Source: Albugo candida
Lineage: Eukaryota
Direction: 5' to 3'
Assembly (NCBI GenBank): GCA_040437565.1
Contig: JBDOQK010000088.1
Location: forward strand, 1 to 57,013
Length of the DNA: 57,013 nucleotides
The notes beneath the pieces are model-generated. The model was not told the origin of the DNA and ran no database searches. It saw only the letters and a program-made list of their open reading frames with translations. Positions 1 to 13,409 of the stretch are shown piece after piece; within the stretch, counting starts at the first letter, position 1, and every line of letters begins with the position of its first letter. Position numbers and translations under genes: made by a program.

Positions 1-1300
1 TTTGTGACAGTGAATGGATGCGAACTATCGACGGGTTGAAGTTCTATGTGCACATTGCTTCAATTAGGGAGCGTATTCCTTGCGCTGTGCGGTTGGAGTA
101 TACATGTCGACACTGCCCTGCAAGGGCATTGAAATCCAACCATCAACTTCGAGCCCATCCGTGCTACCAAACGTTGAGCGCAACTTCTTACGGCAATTAG
201 AAATTTGGACGATCTCCTTGCCCATTTCGCATCGGAACAACGTGAACCTTCACGTTATTGTTTAATGGATCAATAATCATATCATGTGTTCTCGCTTGGC
301 GTTTCGAAAATGAATCAAGCTACATGCCATTCCAAAGTGATGCTGGCTTCTCATAAATCTTGTGATTTGAAATCAAAAAAAAATTATGTTATCAAAAGTA
401 TACTTGAACAGCCGAGTTGCTACATTTCATTCCTGAATGTAATAGCTTCTCTGGTACGGATTCTCCTAGTAGATATTCTTTGACATACTGTACAGGAAGT
501 CGGAAGACCAACTAAATCATTTCTCAATAGCGCACTTTCTACTGTTCTTGAACGGTACACAAGGCTCGCAAAATGCATCCGATTCTGACCCATGCCATAG
601 AATCACAAGCTTGTCTGCATGAAACAATACAACAGTTTTTGCCTACATTACCTCCTTATTCTGCGGGTTAGACGGAAAGGCGACGTTCTACATCGAAGGT
701 ATGTGAGGTCTGCAAGGCGGAGCGTCATAACAGTTTCAATCAGTGAGAGGGCAGCGATCAGTACGCACCACCAGAAGTACATCTTTGCTGATTTTTAGTA
801 GTTGGTTATAGATCCTGAAAGCAACGATGCTCGAGAGTATACAAGGAAATAATGGAGGATGATACTTGAAGTCAAAACAGACCTGTAGGCTCTGTCTCAA
901 GCAAAGCTGGTCCTACATCATAACGATAAATATAGTAGCGGTTTGGTGTTGATAGTTCTACGAAAGCGGTTCATTGGATAAAATACTGCAAGGAATGTTG
1001 CTCTATGTATTCCATATTCTCGTTATTTACGGTTACACGTGGCATTGTGATAAACACCTTTCATGAAGTCTTCTGCGCTTATATGCGGGATGACTCAGAC
1101 TTCTGATGACACTGATGATGCAACGCTCTAATTTTTAAACCTGATGATTGAAAATTATAGCAAGAAACTGCTTGCGATGGACCGCGTGCATACAAAAACG
1201 TACTCAAACGTGCCCTAGTTTCAATTTGGAATTTTCGATATAGAATGTCAAACGTGGGATGCGACTAGGTCTGATTTTGGTGGAATTCACTGCTCACTGG

Positions 1301-1317
1301 TCATTCCCATTTTCACC
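1301..1317 (+). promoter_or_regulatory. Possible oomycete INR/FPR core promoter
   Basis: TCATTCCCATTTTCACC resembles TCATTYYNCAWTTT with spacing one base short; it lies 30 nt upstream of the ATG at 1331. Confidence 0.4.
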
Positions 1318-1330
1318 GTCTAGTGCACAG

Positions 1331-2005
1331 ATGGTTCGAGTACTAGCCATACTACTCAGCCTTATTTGCTTGAACGCGCAATCTCCTCAATATGCTGACA
1401 AAATCTCAAACCCTCACGACGCCATGTCTGCAACAGCTGCTCTAGGCCAAGTCTGTGAGCATGTACAACAGAATTATCCGCCAGAAGGGGAAGGAAGATA
1501 CAAGGGGATCATAAGTATATACAAGGAGCTGGCCGAAGAATTGAAAGAACTGTTTCGAAGTCTCCAAGTTGCTCGTACTACGCCAGCCAGCCGTCCACTG
1601 GAAAAAGTCGATATCGAAATGGGCCATGTACAATCGCAATTTGATGAGTGTCTCAAAAAATCTGAACCCGGTGGATCGACAACGAAGTTCTGTGGGAAAG
1701 TTTTTGAAGCTTTCGGAACCGCTCTGGGGAAGTTTGAGCATGAAATACCGGTTTTGTCCACCATACGAGCAAATTGTCCGCCTATGAAAGCTATTCTTGC
1801 TGGACAAGTGGTAACCTTGCTGTACACAGTTTGTTTTCAAGATTCTTTCCAGCAAACGGACTCCTTATTTGGCGCATTCTTCCAGGTTGGCGTCAATGCT
1901 ATGATTGGCGGACTCGCAACGGACTTTATTTGGTGCGATGCTGTTGAACCTATGCTGAACAAGATACAAAGTCGACAAGGCGCTAAAACTATCCCAAGAG
2001 CATGA
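1331..2005 (+). CDS. Secreted orphan protein, 224 aa, candidate effector
   Basis: ATG 1331 gives a signal-peptide-like start (MVRVLAILLSLICLNA) and is preferred over the ORF-track ATG at 1259. Single exon, six Cys in the mature part, hydrophobic C-terminal segment. Confidence 0.7.
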   Translation: MVRVLAILLSLICLNAQSPQYADKISNPHDAMSATAALGQVCEHVQQNYPPEGEGRYKGIISIYKELAEELKELFRSLQVARTTPASRPLEKVDIEMGHVQSQFDECLKKSEPGGSTTKFCGKVFEAFGTALGKFEHEIPVLSTIRANCPPMKAILAGQVVTLLYTVCFQDSFQQTDSLFGAFFQVGVNAMIGGLATDFIWCDAVEPMLNKIQSRQGAKTIPRA

Positions 2006-3799
2006 TGTCCACGCTCCAGTGGTCATATAAATAGCCCATAGAGAGCATATATCAGATGGGTTCAGTCAAAGCACATAATCTGCAAGACAAAATTTGCTTT
2101 TTTTGCGCTGAGCGTCCACTTGTTGCCAGCATTTCTCTATTCCTTAAACATTCCGCACGAGTATTCGAGGTCGTTGCTAAAGCATTAGTATTTGACATGA
2201 TCTTGCTTCCCAAGCTACATCGCATATCGCATTCACATGCCGTTCTTTATTTGAAAAGTGCAGTCCAAAGGTAAATATGTAATGGTGACGGCATGCTACC
2301 AAATTCTCGACTTGCAATCGGTTGATTCCTGTACATAGTTCAGTAAAGGCATTCGTGTAGTCATTGAGAATTTGAGAACTTGGATGCTTGATCGCTTGAA
2401 AGATTTTGTGTCTCTTTTAACACGATGTCTTTTGAGATGCCTCTATCGCAATTACAGTCAAACCACGTGTGGTATCACAATATGTGGGAATAAATCAGAA
2501 GACAAAGATGATATCTAATATATGACAAGTGATGTCATTTCTGCGCCCTGTCAAGAGCAAGATCGCATCTGAGAATATCACCTNNNNNNNNNNNNNNNNN
2601 NNNNNNNNNNNNNNNNNNNNNNNNNNNNNNNNNNNNNNNNNNNNNNNNNNNNNNNNNNNNNNNNNNNNNNNNNNNNNNNNNNNACAGAATTATCCGCCAG
2701 AAGGGGAAGGAAGATACAAGGGGATCATAAGTATATACAAGGAGCTGGCCGAAGAATTGAAAGAACTGTTTCGAAGTCTCCAAGTTGCTCGTACTACGCC
2801 AGCCAGCCGTCCACTGGAAAAAGTCGATATCGAAATGGGCCATGTACAATCGCAATTTGATGAGTGTCTCAAAAAATCTGAACCCGGTGGATCGACAACG
2901 AAGTTCTGTGGGAAAGTTTTTGAAGCTTTCGGAACCGCTCTGGGGAAGTTTGAGCATGAAATACCGGTTTTGTCCACCATACGAGCAAATTGTCCGCCTA
3001 TGAAAGCTATTCTTGCTGGACAAGTGGTAACCTTGCTGTACACAGTTTGTTTTCAAGATTCTTTCCAGCAAACGGACTCCTTATTTGGCGCATTCTTCCA
3101 GGTTGGCGTCAATGCTATGATTGGCGGACTCGCAACGGACTTTATTTGGTGCGATGCTGTTGAACCTATGCTGAACAAGATACAAAGTCGACAAGGCGCT
3201 AAAACTATCCCAAGAGCATGATGTCCACGCTCCAGTGGTCATATAAATAGCCCATAGAGAGCATATATCAGATGGGTTCAGTCAAAGCACATAATCTGCA
3301 AGACAAAATTTGCTTTTTTTGCGCTGAGCGTCCACTTGTTGCCAGCATTTCTCTATTCCTTAAACATTCCGCACGAGTATTCGAGGTCGTTGCTAAAGCA
3401 TTAGTATTTGACATGATCTTGCTTCCCAAGCTACATCGCATATCGCATTCACATGCCGTTCTTTATTTGAAAAGTGCAGTCCAAAGGTAAATATGTAATG
3501 GTGACGGCATGCTACCAAATTCTCGACTTGCAATCGGTTGATTCCTGTACATAGTTCAGTAAAGGCATTCGTGTAGTCATTGAGAATTTGAGAACTTGGA
3601 TGCTTGATCGCTTGAAAGATTTTGTGTCTCTTTTAACACGATGTCTTTTGAGATGCCTCTATCGCAATTACAGTCAAACCACGTGTGGTATCACAATATG
3701 TGGGAATAAATCAGAAGACAAAGATGATATCTAATATATGACAAGTGATGTCATTTCTGCGCCCTGTCAAGAGCAAGATCGCATCTGAGAATATCACCT
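1468..3799. repeat. Apparent tandem duplication across an N gap (1468-2583 = 2684-3799), probable assembly overlap
   Basis: Copies look identical at offset 1216 and both abut the 100-N gap. Confidence 0.85.
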
Positions 3800-5870
3800 T
3801 GGATTGCCGCATGCGTTTTTAATGCCGCGAGTTTTAATCTGGATTCCTCACCTTCTGCTTGAAAAGCAACGCTCTTTTAAGACAAATCATCATCCCTCAA
3901 TCACGCCTCAGCAATGCCCGCAATTAATATACCGCAATGTATTCTGAATACGAAGATTCGTCGTGTTCGGTCGACGTTCAAATGAGAAAAGCGAGTTTAT
4001 ACACAACATATTGGTCTCTGAAAGTGGAGTGAGTGTCAAAAGAATATCAAGGATTAGATCAGAAACTATGTTGATGTAGTTATTTTCGACACAGAACATA
4101 TGTACACCACTACATCTCGAAGTTGGAGTCATAATGCTTTACGCATCCACTAATCGTTTTAAGTGAGCTATCCGGGTCACGATAAGCGGCTAGTACTGTT
4201 AGAAAAGAACATTTTTAGCTAAAGTCTCTTTTTTGGTTCGTTTAATGGTACAACGGGAAAGCAAGTTCGCTTGTAATCGTCGTCATAGACTGATGCCTGC
4301 AGGTAGAAAAACAAAAGAATTCCTTTAAGCATATATTAAATTGTTTAATTAGCTAGGCGACTTTGAAAGCGAAATGTGTCCACTTCGATTTCCGTGCTAC
4401 CATCAGACACCATTTAACTGATCATGTACTTTGTGCTCCAATTGTAGCGTATACACCCATTAAAGACCACTGCAACTGGAGCGCCCTATATCCCGACCTT
4501 GCTGTTTACGACCTTGCTGTTTACCCTAGTATGCCTTTAATGATGTAATGCAATGGAATTTTTAGCTCACACTTTACCCCACTAGACTCGGTAGAAGAAG
4601 CATGCTTTAATTGCTCATGACCCGAGCGTATGCGACGGCTGCCATTCACCCGCGAGATAATAAGTACCTATACTAACAGCAATCTTGAACAGATTGGTGC
4701 TGTCCATGTCCATGTAGCATGAGATTTAAATAACGTGTTGGTGAGGCTCTATATTTTACATCCTGAAGTTTGGATATATGCGCGTTGCCTTCATATTATC
4801 TTGTGGTCGCACGAACTATATCATTCTGGTACCAACGGGTTTTTTCTACTGGACTCGAACTACGGCAGCGCCGTCACGTAATGGTGAAGGATCGGAAAAG
4901 GCGGAACGCGATTTTTTCCACTGTACAAGATACAGCTTGCTTGACACCGGAGAATGCTCTTACCTTTACGTTATGCAAGGTACATCGGGTACTTCCTAAA
5001 GTCTTCAACGTTTAGCGCAATGGCATTCCTTCTAGACATCGAGTGTTCTGTTATTGCATTCGGATGATGATGCACCGAATTATATTGTAATACAACAACT
5101 TGCATGATGTCCTTGACATGCACACACGACGCATCAGTCACAATACAATTGCAACAATCTTCCGAATGGAATACCCCGGGGTCAACGATGCCTCTAACCG
5201 TGGATATTACCGTGTATTGTTCCCGAGTGTGCATCATGTTTTTTGTCAGCGCCTTTATCACATAACCTGATAGCTTTGAGCTGACAGCTTCCTGAATGGA
5301 GCCTAATTAGTCATTAGTTTGCAAGATCATGGTTGAAAGAGTTTGTATTTCCCTACCGTTACTTGCTGCGTTAAAAAGTCATTGGAATGGACAAAAGTGT
5401 GCTGGATGCATAATTGATCATTACGACCAGTAGGAGGGTTGTAAGTGGGATAGATGTCGTCATCGGTCTGACCATTGTAAACTGATGCATCTACCTTGTC
5501 ATTTGTATTCCAGTCGCTGAGAGTGGCGCTGACTGAACTTAATGAATGTCGTAATCGTGCAATTTAGTATTATTGTGAAACCTTTCGATCTAAATTACCG
5601 CACACTGACGACATACGTTTCGCCTCCAAATTATGACTCTGAATTTTTCATTTCGCATTTGTACTAGGAAGCTGCGTTGTGATCACGAAGTGAAAAAAAG
5701 ACGTGACTAGTGGTAGCCTTCACGTTCGAAAATGTTATGGTATTCTATACGTATCATTGTGAGGAAAAAGTTTAGGTGCGCTACTAGAGACAAAACTAGA
5801 GGATGTAGATCTGATCAATGCTAAGCGTCGTATAGGGAAAATAATCAGTATCTTTTTGACTTTGCCATTG

Positions 5871-6128
5871 TCAAAATATGATTGATTTTGTACACGCCAT
5901 TTGGATGGGTTTCTTAACGACTTGGGTTGTAGAGTAGGAAATTTCATGCGGCTGGTTTGCATATAAGCGTTGCACTTTTTGAGTTTTTAAGGCATTCATG
6001 GCGCATTCACACGCTGTATGAAAATGAGAAGCAAGAGACGTGGCAACAACCGCTGTTAGATATCCGACAGTGAAGGAATTGATCATGTCAGCAAGCAATA
6101 CCACCCATAAAGCAATTGTTGACCGCAT
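5871..6128 (-). pseudogene. Possible truncated or decayed secreted protein
   Basis: ATG 6128 starts the hydrophobic MRSTIALWVVLLADMINSFTVG, followed by HFHTACECA. An overlapping ORF (5735-5962) could be a frameshifted continuation. Confidence 0.3.
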
Positions 6129-6918
6129 TGTACATGAGTCTTTCGATTGTAGAAGGGCTAAATTACACCAGTGTTTCACAGTGCTGCCCTAGGCGGAAAT
6201 ATATCGACTCATTAAAATCGGACTTCAAGCTTTCTGCGACCTCCTCCATTTTTTTAACTCTTTTGTATTAATTGACATCCTGCAATACACTTTGAAGTCG
6301 CCATCGGGTGTGCAAATTCTTACTTTACGCGCTTTTTTGCCATCTAACGATCATGATCTTAGAGTTCGATACTATAGCACAATCTGCATGCGCTTCACCG
6401 AATCATTTGCAAGCCAGCACACTAATCTATAATGTTTCTCTTGTACAATTGATCTTTTTTTTGTATGGGTGGCACGAAACTTTGTGTGACTGATGCGATT
6501 TTTGAGGCAAAAAAGAGTCTATATCAGGGTTTTCGCTACCAGTAATAGCTTTGGTATAATTCATCGCAATTGAAGAGAAATTTGTCGACCTCGCGCGAAG
6601 CTTCCTTTTGAGAGTATTATGGAAAGGCCTCGGCATCACACCCAATCTTCTGCTAGTAACTTACAATTCTGTTTGCGAAAATGTTTTTTGGTATTTCTGT
6701 TTTCACAGGAGATTTAAAGCTTCGGCAGATCATGCTTAACTTCTCATGTTTAGCGTATTAATGCTGTTTTTTATGATTAGTTGTTATGACTTCGGGTAGT
6801 GTTACAAGACGCTCCGCCTGCGACATGCTCGGATACACGTATCCAGACACGATGGCCCAGTATATCTCTGGGCTGTAGCTTATTCTCTATAGATTCATGT
6901 CATCGCTCATCTGGTTGC

Positions 6919-8800
6919 CAATGAAAAGCAGTCGCTGGACGGTCTTCAAATTTCAATGTCTGATTTTACCGATTCTAAATGTATCATTGAAATATGACTT
7001 CTCTTGATATAGGCAACTAGAAAGAAGTGAAGTCTTGATGACACATACATATGCGCTCGTTTGTATTTTCATCGCCTCAATAAGGATTTTCTGCATATTA
7101 GAGACAGAAAGCGTCGCTCAGTGAAGTTGAATTCCTGAAGCGAGGTTTGGCTCAATTATGGTGGTTGCACGTGTTCGAGTGGCGTTTAGAATGATGTTAC
7201 GGAATTACGGATAATGGAATGTTTATAATTGACGAGGTGGAGATGAATTCAAAAGGAGATAATGCCTCTGTGCTGCTTATTTTTATGAAAAAGGATTGAA
7301 AAAGTGCGCCTACAAGTGTCTGACTTGACTGAATCAAAGAGAATTTGATCAACCAAATCTGTAGTTAAAAGCAGCAGAAAGTTGCAAGTCCAAGATTACG
7401 ATCGCTCTAGTCCACAACGCTTCTGATAGTTTGTCTCACCTGATAACATATTTGGAACAAAAGAAAAAAACATCCTGAAAGGAATACATGGACGCAACTC
7501 TCAAAATGGAGGTTGTCATTTGGTCCGTCCAAAAGTCAAGTTGAATTGTTTCACCTTTTTTATCCAACTCTGCTTGGAAGTGTTTCTTACGCATATTCGA
7601 TATGAGTGACTAATGTGAACACATTGGCAATAGTGGTAGGCGAGATAAATGATGGTACAAGGAGTTTTATATACGACCAAGTTGTGCACCATCCTTACGA
7701 CTTTTGCCAAGGAATTGAATTTTCAGGACAAAGGTAAAGAACGAAACAATCACACGGATTCCACACAGCTTATGCTTGTCGTGGTTTCAAATGTATGAAT
7801 GAATATTGTNNNNNNNNNNNNNNNNNNNNNNNNNNNNNNNNNNNNNNNNNNNNNNNNNNNNNNNNNNNNNNNNNNNNNNNNNNNNNNNNNNNNNNNNNNN
7901 NNNNNNNNNCAATGAAAAGCAGTCGCTGGACGGTCTTCAAATTTCAATGTCTGATTTTACCGATTCTAAATGTATCATTGAAATATGACTTCTCTTGATA
8001 TAGGCAACTAGAAAGAAGTGAAGTCTTGATGACACATACATATGCGCTCGTTTGTATTTTCATCGCCTCAATAAGGATTTTCTGCATATTAGAGACAGAA
8101 AGCGTCGCTCAGTGAAGTTGAATTCCTGAAGCGAGGTTTGGCTCAATTATGGTGGTTGCACGTGTTCGAGTGGCGTTTAGAATGATGTTACGGAATTACG
8201 GATAATGGAATGTTTATAATTGACGAGGTGGAGATGAATTCAAAAGGAGATAATGCCTCTGTGCTGCTTATTTTTATGAAAAAGGATTGAAAAAGTGCGC
8301 CTACAAGTGTCTGACTTGACTGAATCAAAGAGAATTTGATCAACCAAATCTGTAGTTAAAAGCAGCAGAAAGTTGCAAGTCCAAGATTACGATCGCTCTA
8401 GTCCACAACGCTTCTGATAGTTTGTCTCACCTGATAACATATTTGGAACAAAAGAAAAAAACATCCTGAAAGGAATACATGGACGCAACTCTCAAAATGG
8501 AGGTTGTCATTTGGTCCGTCCAAAAGTCAAGTTGAATTGTTTCACCTTTTTTATCCAACTCTGCTTGGAAGTGTTTCTTACGCATATTCGATATGAGTGA
8601 CTAATGTGAACACATTGGCAATAGTGGTAGGCGAGATAAATGATGGTACAAGGAGTTTTATATACGACCAAGTTGTGCACCATCCTTACGACTTTTGCCA
8701 AGGAATTGAATTTTCAGGACAAAGGTAAAGAACGAAACAATCACACGGATTCCACACAGCTTATGCTTGTCGTGGTTTCAAATGTATGAATGAATATTGT
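6919..8800. repeat. Gap-flanking overlap (6919-7809 = 7910-8800), probable assembly artefact
   Basis: Copies look identical at offset 991 on either side of a 100-N gap. Confidence 0.85.
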
Positions 8801-9998
8801 ATGTCTACACAATGAGATCGACATGGGTTATAAACTATAAAGAGCTTCTCAGATCGCTCAAAAAAGGCTTTATGCCAAAGGCTGTCAGACGAGTTTTTCT
8901 GTGATACAGCTTTTGAAACTAAAAATGGCGTTGCTTATGCATATATGGCTTGTTGCTGAAATACATGATCCAGTAGTAGAGAGTGCCAACCAGCACTTTG
9001 GATAGAAACGAAGAGCTCACACAACTGTTTGAAAAAAAAAGTTTTCTTTGACTGAAAAAAGCAAAACATTACTTGAACTACGGATTCGTATGACGTCATT
9101 ATATGTCTCGATTGCTCCGAGAATCATCGCCATTTGACGTTCATCTATCTTTCGTCTACTCACACAGGAGACACCTCAAGGTGATGCAGCTCGGAAAGCT
9201 CGTACATTTTTGAGGTGCTAGAAGTCCATGAAATGAAAAGCGTACGAGATTGTTTGGGCTGCTATGACAGCTATGGTGAGAATTTGCAATTAGATCGACG
9301 CGAAATCGCACAAAAACACAAACGAGACGCAGCTTCATAATCGACTTCAGCAAAGAAGGTGTCGACACCACTGTGTATATTTTGGCATAGCCAGTTGCTG
9401 AAGATGTATCGTTTTGTGATCAAAGAAATAAATTGTTTTAGTGGGAATTGGAAAAGAAGAATGATGCTTAGGAGGACTCGATGATCGTGTGAAGAATCTT
9501 TCACTGCAGAGTAATGCAGAAACTAACATATTCGCACCTAGAGGCGAGTCAGACATGTTCAAATTAAGTTCTCTTCATACTGATCGCTCCGAGGTGATGC
9601 TAAAAAATAGTGAGAGTGCTGTGGGATCTGACATGCAACAAAATTCTAGAGAGTGCCATCCTCTGAATTTTCGATGCGAAAGCTAATGTGACACTTGTAG
9701 AAAACAATTTGAGGAACGAGAAAGTCTAACAATTTCGGGACGATCAAGCTATGTCACGGTTGTTACATTGACTTGGCGATATGACACTCGAGGTGACCAA
9801 AAGGTAAGACCATTCAAGGTCATAGCAGTGAAAAAAATCTGATACAGTCAGAATTTATCCGATCACAAAATCAACCATATCTCCCTACAACAAATTGACG
9901 ATGATGAAGTTCTCACTCGCGCATTAGAGCTGGCCGAAGAGAACTTAGTATCTTCAAGCTTAAGCAATGGTCTTGCTTACAAAGTAAATACGGCATGA
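8029..9998 (+). pseudogene. Heavily decayed Cys-rich secreted protein gene, possibly CCG/CHxC-like
   Basis: Signal-peptide-like MTHTYALVCIFIASIRIFCILETES then a stop. Scattered coding-like Cys fragments follow in mixed frames: LKKCAYKCL, IICLDCSE, KSVRDCLGCYDSYG, and a tail ending DDDEVLTRALELAEENLVSSSLSNGLAYKVNTA*. Confidence 0.3.
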
Positions 9999-10393
9999 CC
10001 GACCCAGCCCGCACAACCCAAATTTCATCTCACGAATGTGTGATTAGGTAGAGCTCCTGTCTAAGATTCTTCAGATGAAGTTGAGTATCAGCTGGAAATG
10101 CTCGAGTTGAAAGTCACACACAAAGCAACAAAGATATGGATATCATCGGGTGTGAGATTCTTTCCTCAGGAAACGGCACGAGTCTCACTTCCGGCTATAC
10201 CCGTATCGAGGTGAGTAGATTCGGCATTTTCACTGATCTTCAAACATGTATTCGTAAGCTCACCACGTATAGTGCACGACACTTGTAACCAGCAACTTTT
10301 TGACTGTCTTCTTTTACGTTTAGGCTTCGAAGATATACGCATAACAAAAAATATGTGAACACTGAAGGATAGTTCGTTGATCGGGTTACCTTA

Positions 10394-12661
10394 CAGTGAT
10401 TTCGGAATTTGGCTAGGCCAATTTTGCATGGAGCAGTAACGGTTGAAATCCGGCAAAAAATCGTGTATTTGGCTAATGGCGGCTGTCATTGGCCACTTGT
10501 GACTTTTAATCTAACAATAGATGGGCATTTTCAGCCAATGATTGATGACAATTGGGATCTAAAAAGGGCAGTGGCCGTCAACTCGCTTGCCAAGATGTCA
10601 AGGTCAATTCAGAACACGCCGATGAGAACGATATTTGCGAACAGCGTATTCTGCCTGTCGTCCACTCAACCCTTCGCGACACACATCCATATATGGACAA
10701 GCTTTTCTTGCATATCGCCGAATTTGGTTCAATGAGACGGAGGCAAGTGCTCTTGGGACTCTATTACGCAAGGCAACCCACTAATAATCGCAGTTGTTCC
10801 GAGCAAAATTTTTTGCAGCTACCTAGAAGATTTCGATATAATTTAGCTCGAAGTAGAAGATCACCAGGTGTCCAGGCGCAAGGATCATCTCCTCCAGCAT
10901 GCCTCGCCGTGAAACAAAGTCCGGTTGGCTTTAGATGATCTTCCTTGCACAGCAAGGTTTTTTTCCAATCAGCATTTGTTCCAGCAGCTCAACCTGAGAC
11001 CTTTCCGCCACAGGCCTCGTTCCTGCAGAACAATTTTGATGCCTTCTGTTGTCCGCGACAAGCAAGATTTGGGTGATTTTTTGGAAAATTCATGCTGTGA
11101 AAATTTCCCTCACCCCAGGTGGTGCTTCGCATAATAGGAAATTTACCACGAGGACCCAAATTCATCTGGGTTGCACGAAGGGCGTCAGGCGCAAAGGCTC
11201 AGTGCCCAGTTGTATTTTCAAAGCAGACAAGTCTTGCTTTCTGGGAAATTGAGCTTCAAAAATGGGGATCGCTCTCTCCTTCACCTGCTTCAGTAAGGCT
11301 TCAGCCTCCCATCAACCATCATGCTGGGTTCCCGGATGCTAATAATACAAGCTTCAGCGGGAAGGTTGGGGCACTGCAGCGTTTTTCATCGTCCAGTGCT
11401 AAGCGACCTCCCACATCACTAAGGAAGTCGCGGAAATGAATTGTGCGTCCTTACCCTTTCTTGCGCAATGGCTGCTCACCGTCGAGCAACCATAAGTGTT
11501 TCAAGCCGTCATGGGAGGCAAAAGTGCTCTCGTCATGGGTCATCAAAATCAAAGGGCGCAGCTCTTCCACTGGCCATGAAACACGAACATTCTCATCATT
11601 TCCATCCAAGCCCTCAACTCCCGGCAAACGTTCTTCATATTCACGCATTTGTTCCAAGAATGTTTGGCGAGAAGCAACCACATCTTCTAGATCATTCCCA
11701 TCGATCGATATATATGTGGCTTTGTACTTCACGGAACGAGATATCCAGGGAATGCAGCCAGCGCATCGTGTTCCGTTCTGAAATTGTTGGTGATGTTGCG
11801 GACCCAAGGCCGGAGAGAATCTTTTCATTTTATATTGTGGGCTTTCAATTTATTAGTTTCAATTTCTAATTTATTCTCCCGAAGATATTGCTGCAAAGAC
11901 AATATACAGTCTTCGTCTTGTTATAAGCTCCGGCGCTTTGCATGCTTTCCTTGGCGAGAAAAAGGCAGTTTGCCATCCTTTAGGAACATTTGCGCCGAAG
12001 CGCGAAGACAACGTGTATGCCAAATTGCTTTGCCGGCACCCTCAGAGATCAGCTTACTTGCTTCAAGGCGTCCTTTACCCGCCTTGCGCAGACGCAAGTA
12101 ATAAAAAACAGCAACCCTACGGATTACTGCTGCTCTCGTTTGCTGGAAATTCTGGTTTCCCATAGCTACCAGCTGCTCAATGTCATTTTCCAGTACTCGC
12201 TCTGACCACAGAGACTTGTCTTCTTCGTCACTCTCTGATGGAAGATCCTGAACAGTTGCGGTCTCCGTTGGTTGCGCTTCGTCGGCCTGGTTTGTGTTCA
12301 CTTCACCAGATGCCCAATACTTAGTCAGAGGACAGCAACCAGCGGCAGCGCATCTGCTTGCGGCGGCTTTTCGCCTTCTGACGCGTGCCGAGTTACCAAC
12401 ATAGCGTAACGGTCTATTCGACGATTCGTCTGGATGCGTGGCTCTCATTGCCGCAAGAAATGTTCTTTGTATGTTTTCTGCAATGCCTTCAGCGTCCTTA
12501 TTCTCACTCAGAGCCAAGAAGTCGTCCTCCGAACTGCAACTGGCGTCATCAGAGCTACCAGACTCGGCCGAAGCACGTTCATCCATCTTTCGACGCTTGC
12601 TTTCCCCAGTCAGTTTGGACCTAGCCTTCATTTTCTGATGGAGTCTAGAAGGAAGCGGCAT
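10394..12661 (-). mobile_element. Decayed IS630-Tc1-mariner-like DDE DNA transposon
   Basis: Minus-strand fragments THDESTFASHDG..PLRKKG*GR, FENTTGH, FELNYIE.F*VAAK and QIRRYARK..YMDVYR match this transposase type, with stops and frameshifts. TA-CAGTG at 10392-10398 looks like one terminus; the partner TIR was not found. Confidence 0.75.
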
Positions 12662-12841
12662 TAGGTGGGGAAGAACAGAAGCTCGGATGCGGTGGCGAAG
12701 CCTCGTTCAGTAGGGTCTGGTTCACATAGATAGTGGGACACCTATATACTAATGAGTTGTTCCAAGAAGGTAGCGTGACCCCTATAAATTATTTATCATT
12801 AGAATTTGGCCACCGCACTCACCTATTGATGGTTATAAGTA

Positions 12842-13279
12842 TCACTTCTTAATTTGCCGGCTACTACGTAACCCGCCAATTTAGTACAACACAACTCGAA
12901 AAACTACTTTTTTCAACTCTTTCCTCTCGAAAACAATGGTTCAAGTCGACATATCGACACAACCAGGGGTGCTAGCGTCCACTTGTAGTGACGTGGCAAC
13001 CCTCATGAGTCACCCAGCTTTTGGTGATTGCATGATTCTTGATGAGTCATCACCCCTATGNNNNNNNNNNNNNNNNNNNNNNNNNNNNNNNNNNNNNNNN
13101 NNNNNNNNNNNNNNNNNNNNNNNNNNNNNNNNNNNNNNNNNNNNNNNNNNNNNNNNNNNNTTACTGCTTGGATTTGGGTGCTGCATTAGCCTCGGGAACA
13201 CGGCAACAACCAACCGAAAACAAAAAGAACAACAACAACAAAAAACCAAACCCAACTCACACTCAACCTCAGAATTAAC
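12842..13279 (+). mobile_element. Probable non-LTR retrotransposon (LINE-like); both ends present, body collapsed into an N gap
   Basis: Flanking 15-bp direct repeat TGATGGTTATAAGTA (12827-12841) / TGATGGTTATGAGTA (13280-13294). The 5' end carries an INR/FPR motif and an ATG at 12936, the 3' end is A/CAA-rich, and a second copy of the 5' end sits at 56801-57013. Confidence 0.65.
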
Positions 13280-13292
13280 TGATGGTTATGAG

Positions 13293-13409
13293 TAGGGCTG
13301 CAAATGGATCCAGTGGATCTGGATCTGATAATTGGATCTATTTGCTAAATGGATCTGGATCTGAAAAAAAGATTCAGATCCAGTGGATCTAGATCCATTT
13401 GTAGCCGTA
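13293..13409. mobile_element. hAT-like MITE, 117 bp
   Basis: Imperfect 18-bp TIRs TAGGGCTGCAAATGGATC / GATCCATTTGTAGCCGTA (16/18 match), many internal GGATCT/AGATCC motifs, and a degenerate 8-bp TSD GTTATGAG / GTTGTAAG. Confidence 0.75.

Noticed and set aside
2529-3221. Second copy of the 1331 secreted gene
   Set aside because: It is an identical overlap abutting an N gap, and the ORF-track N-terminus is read through Ns.
4494-4523. 15-bp tandem duplication (similar one near 20266-20298)
   Set aside because: Isolated two-unit slippage duplications with no further structure.
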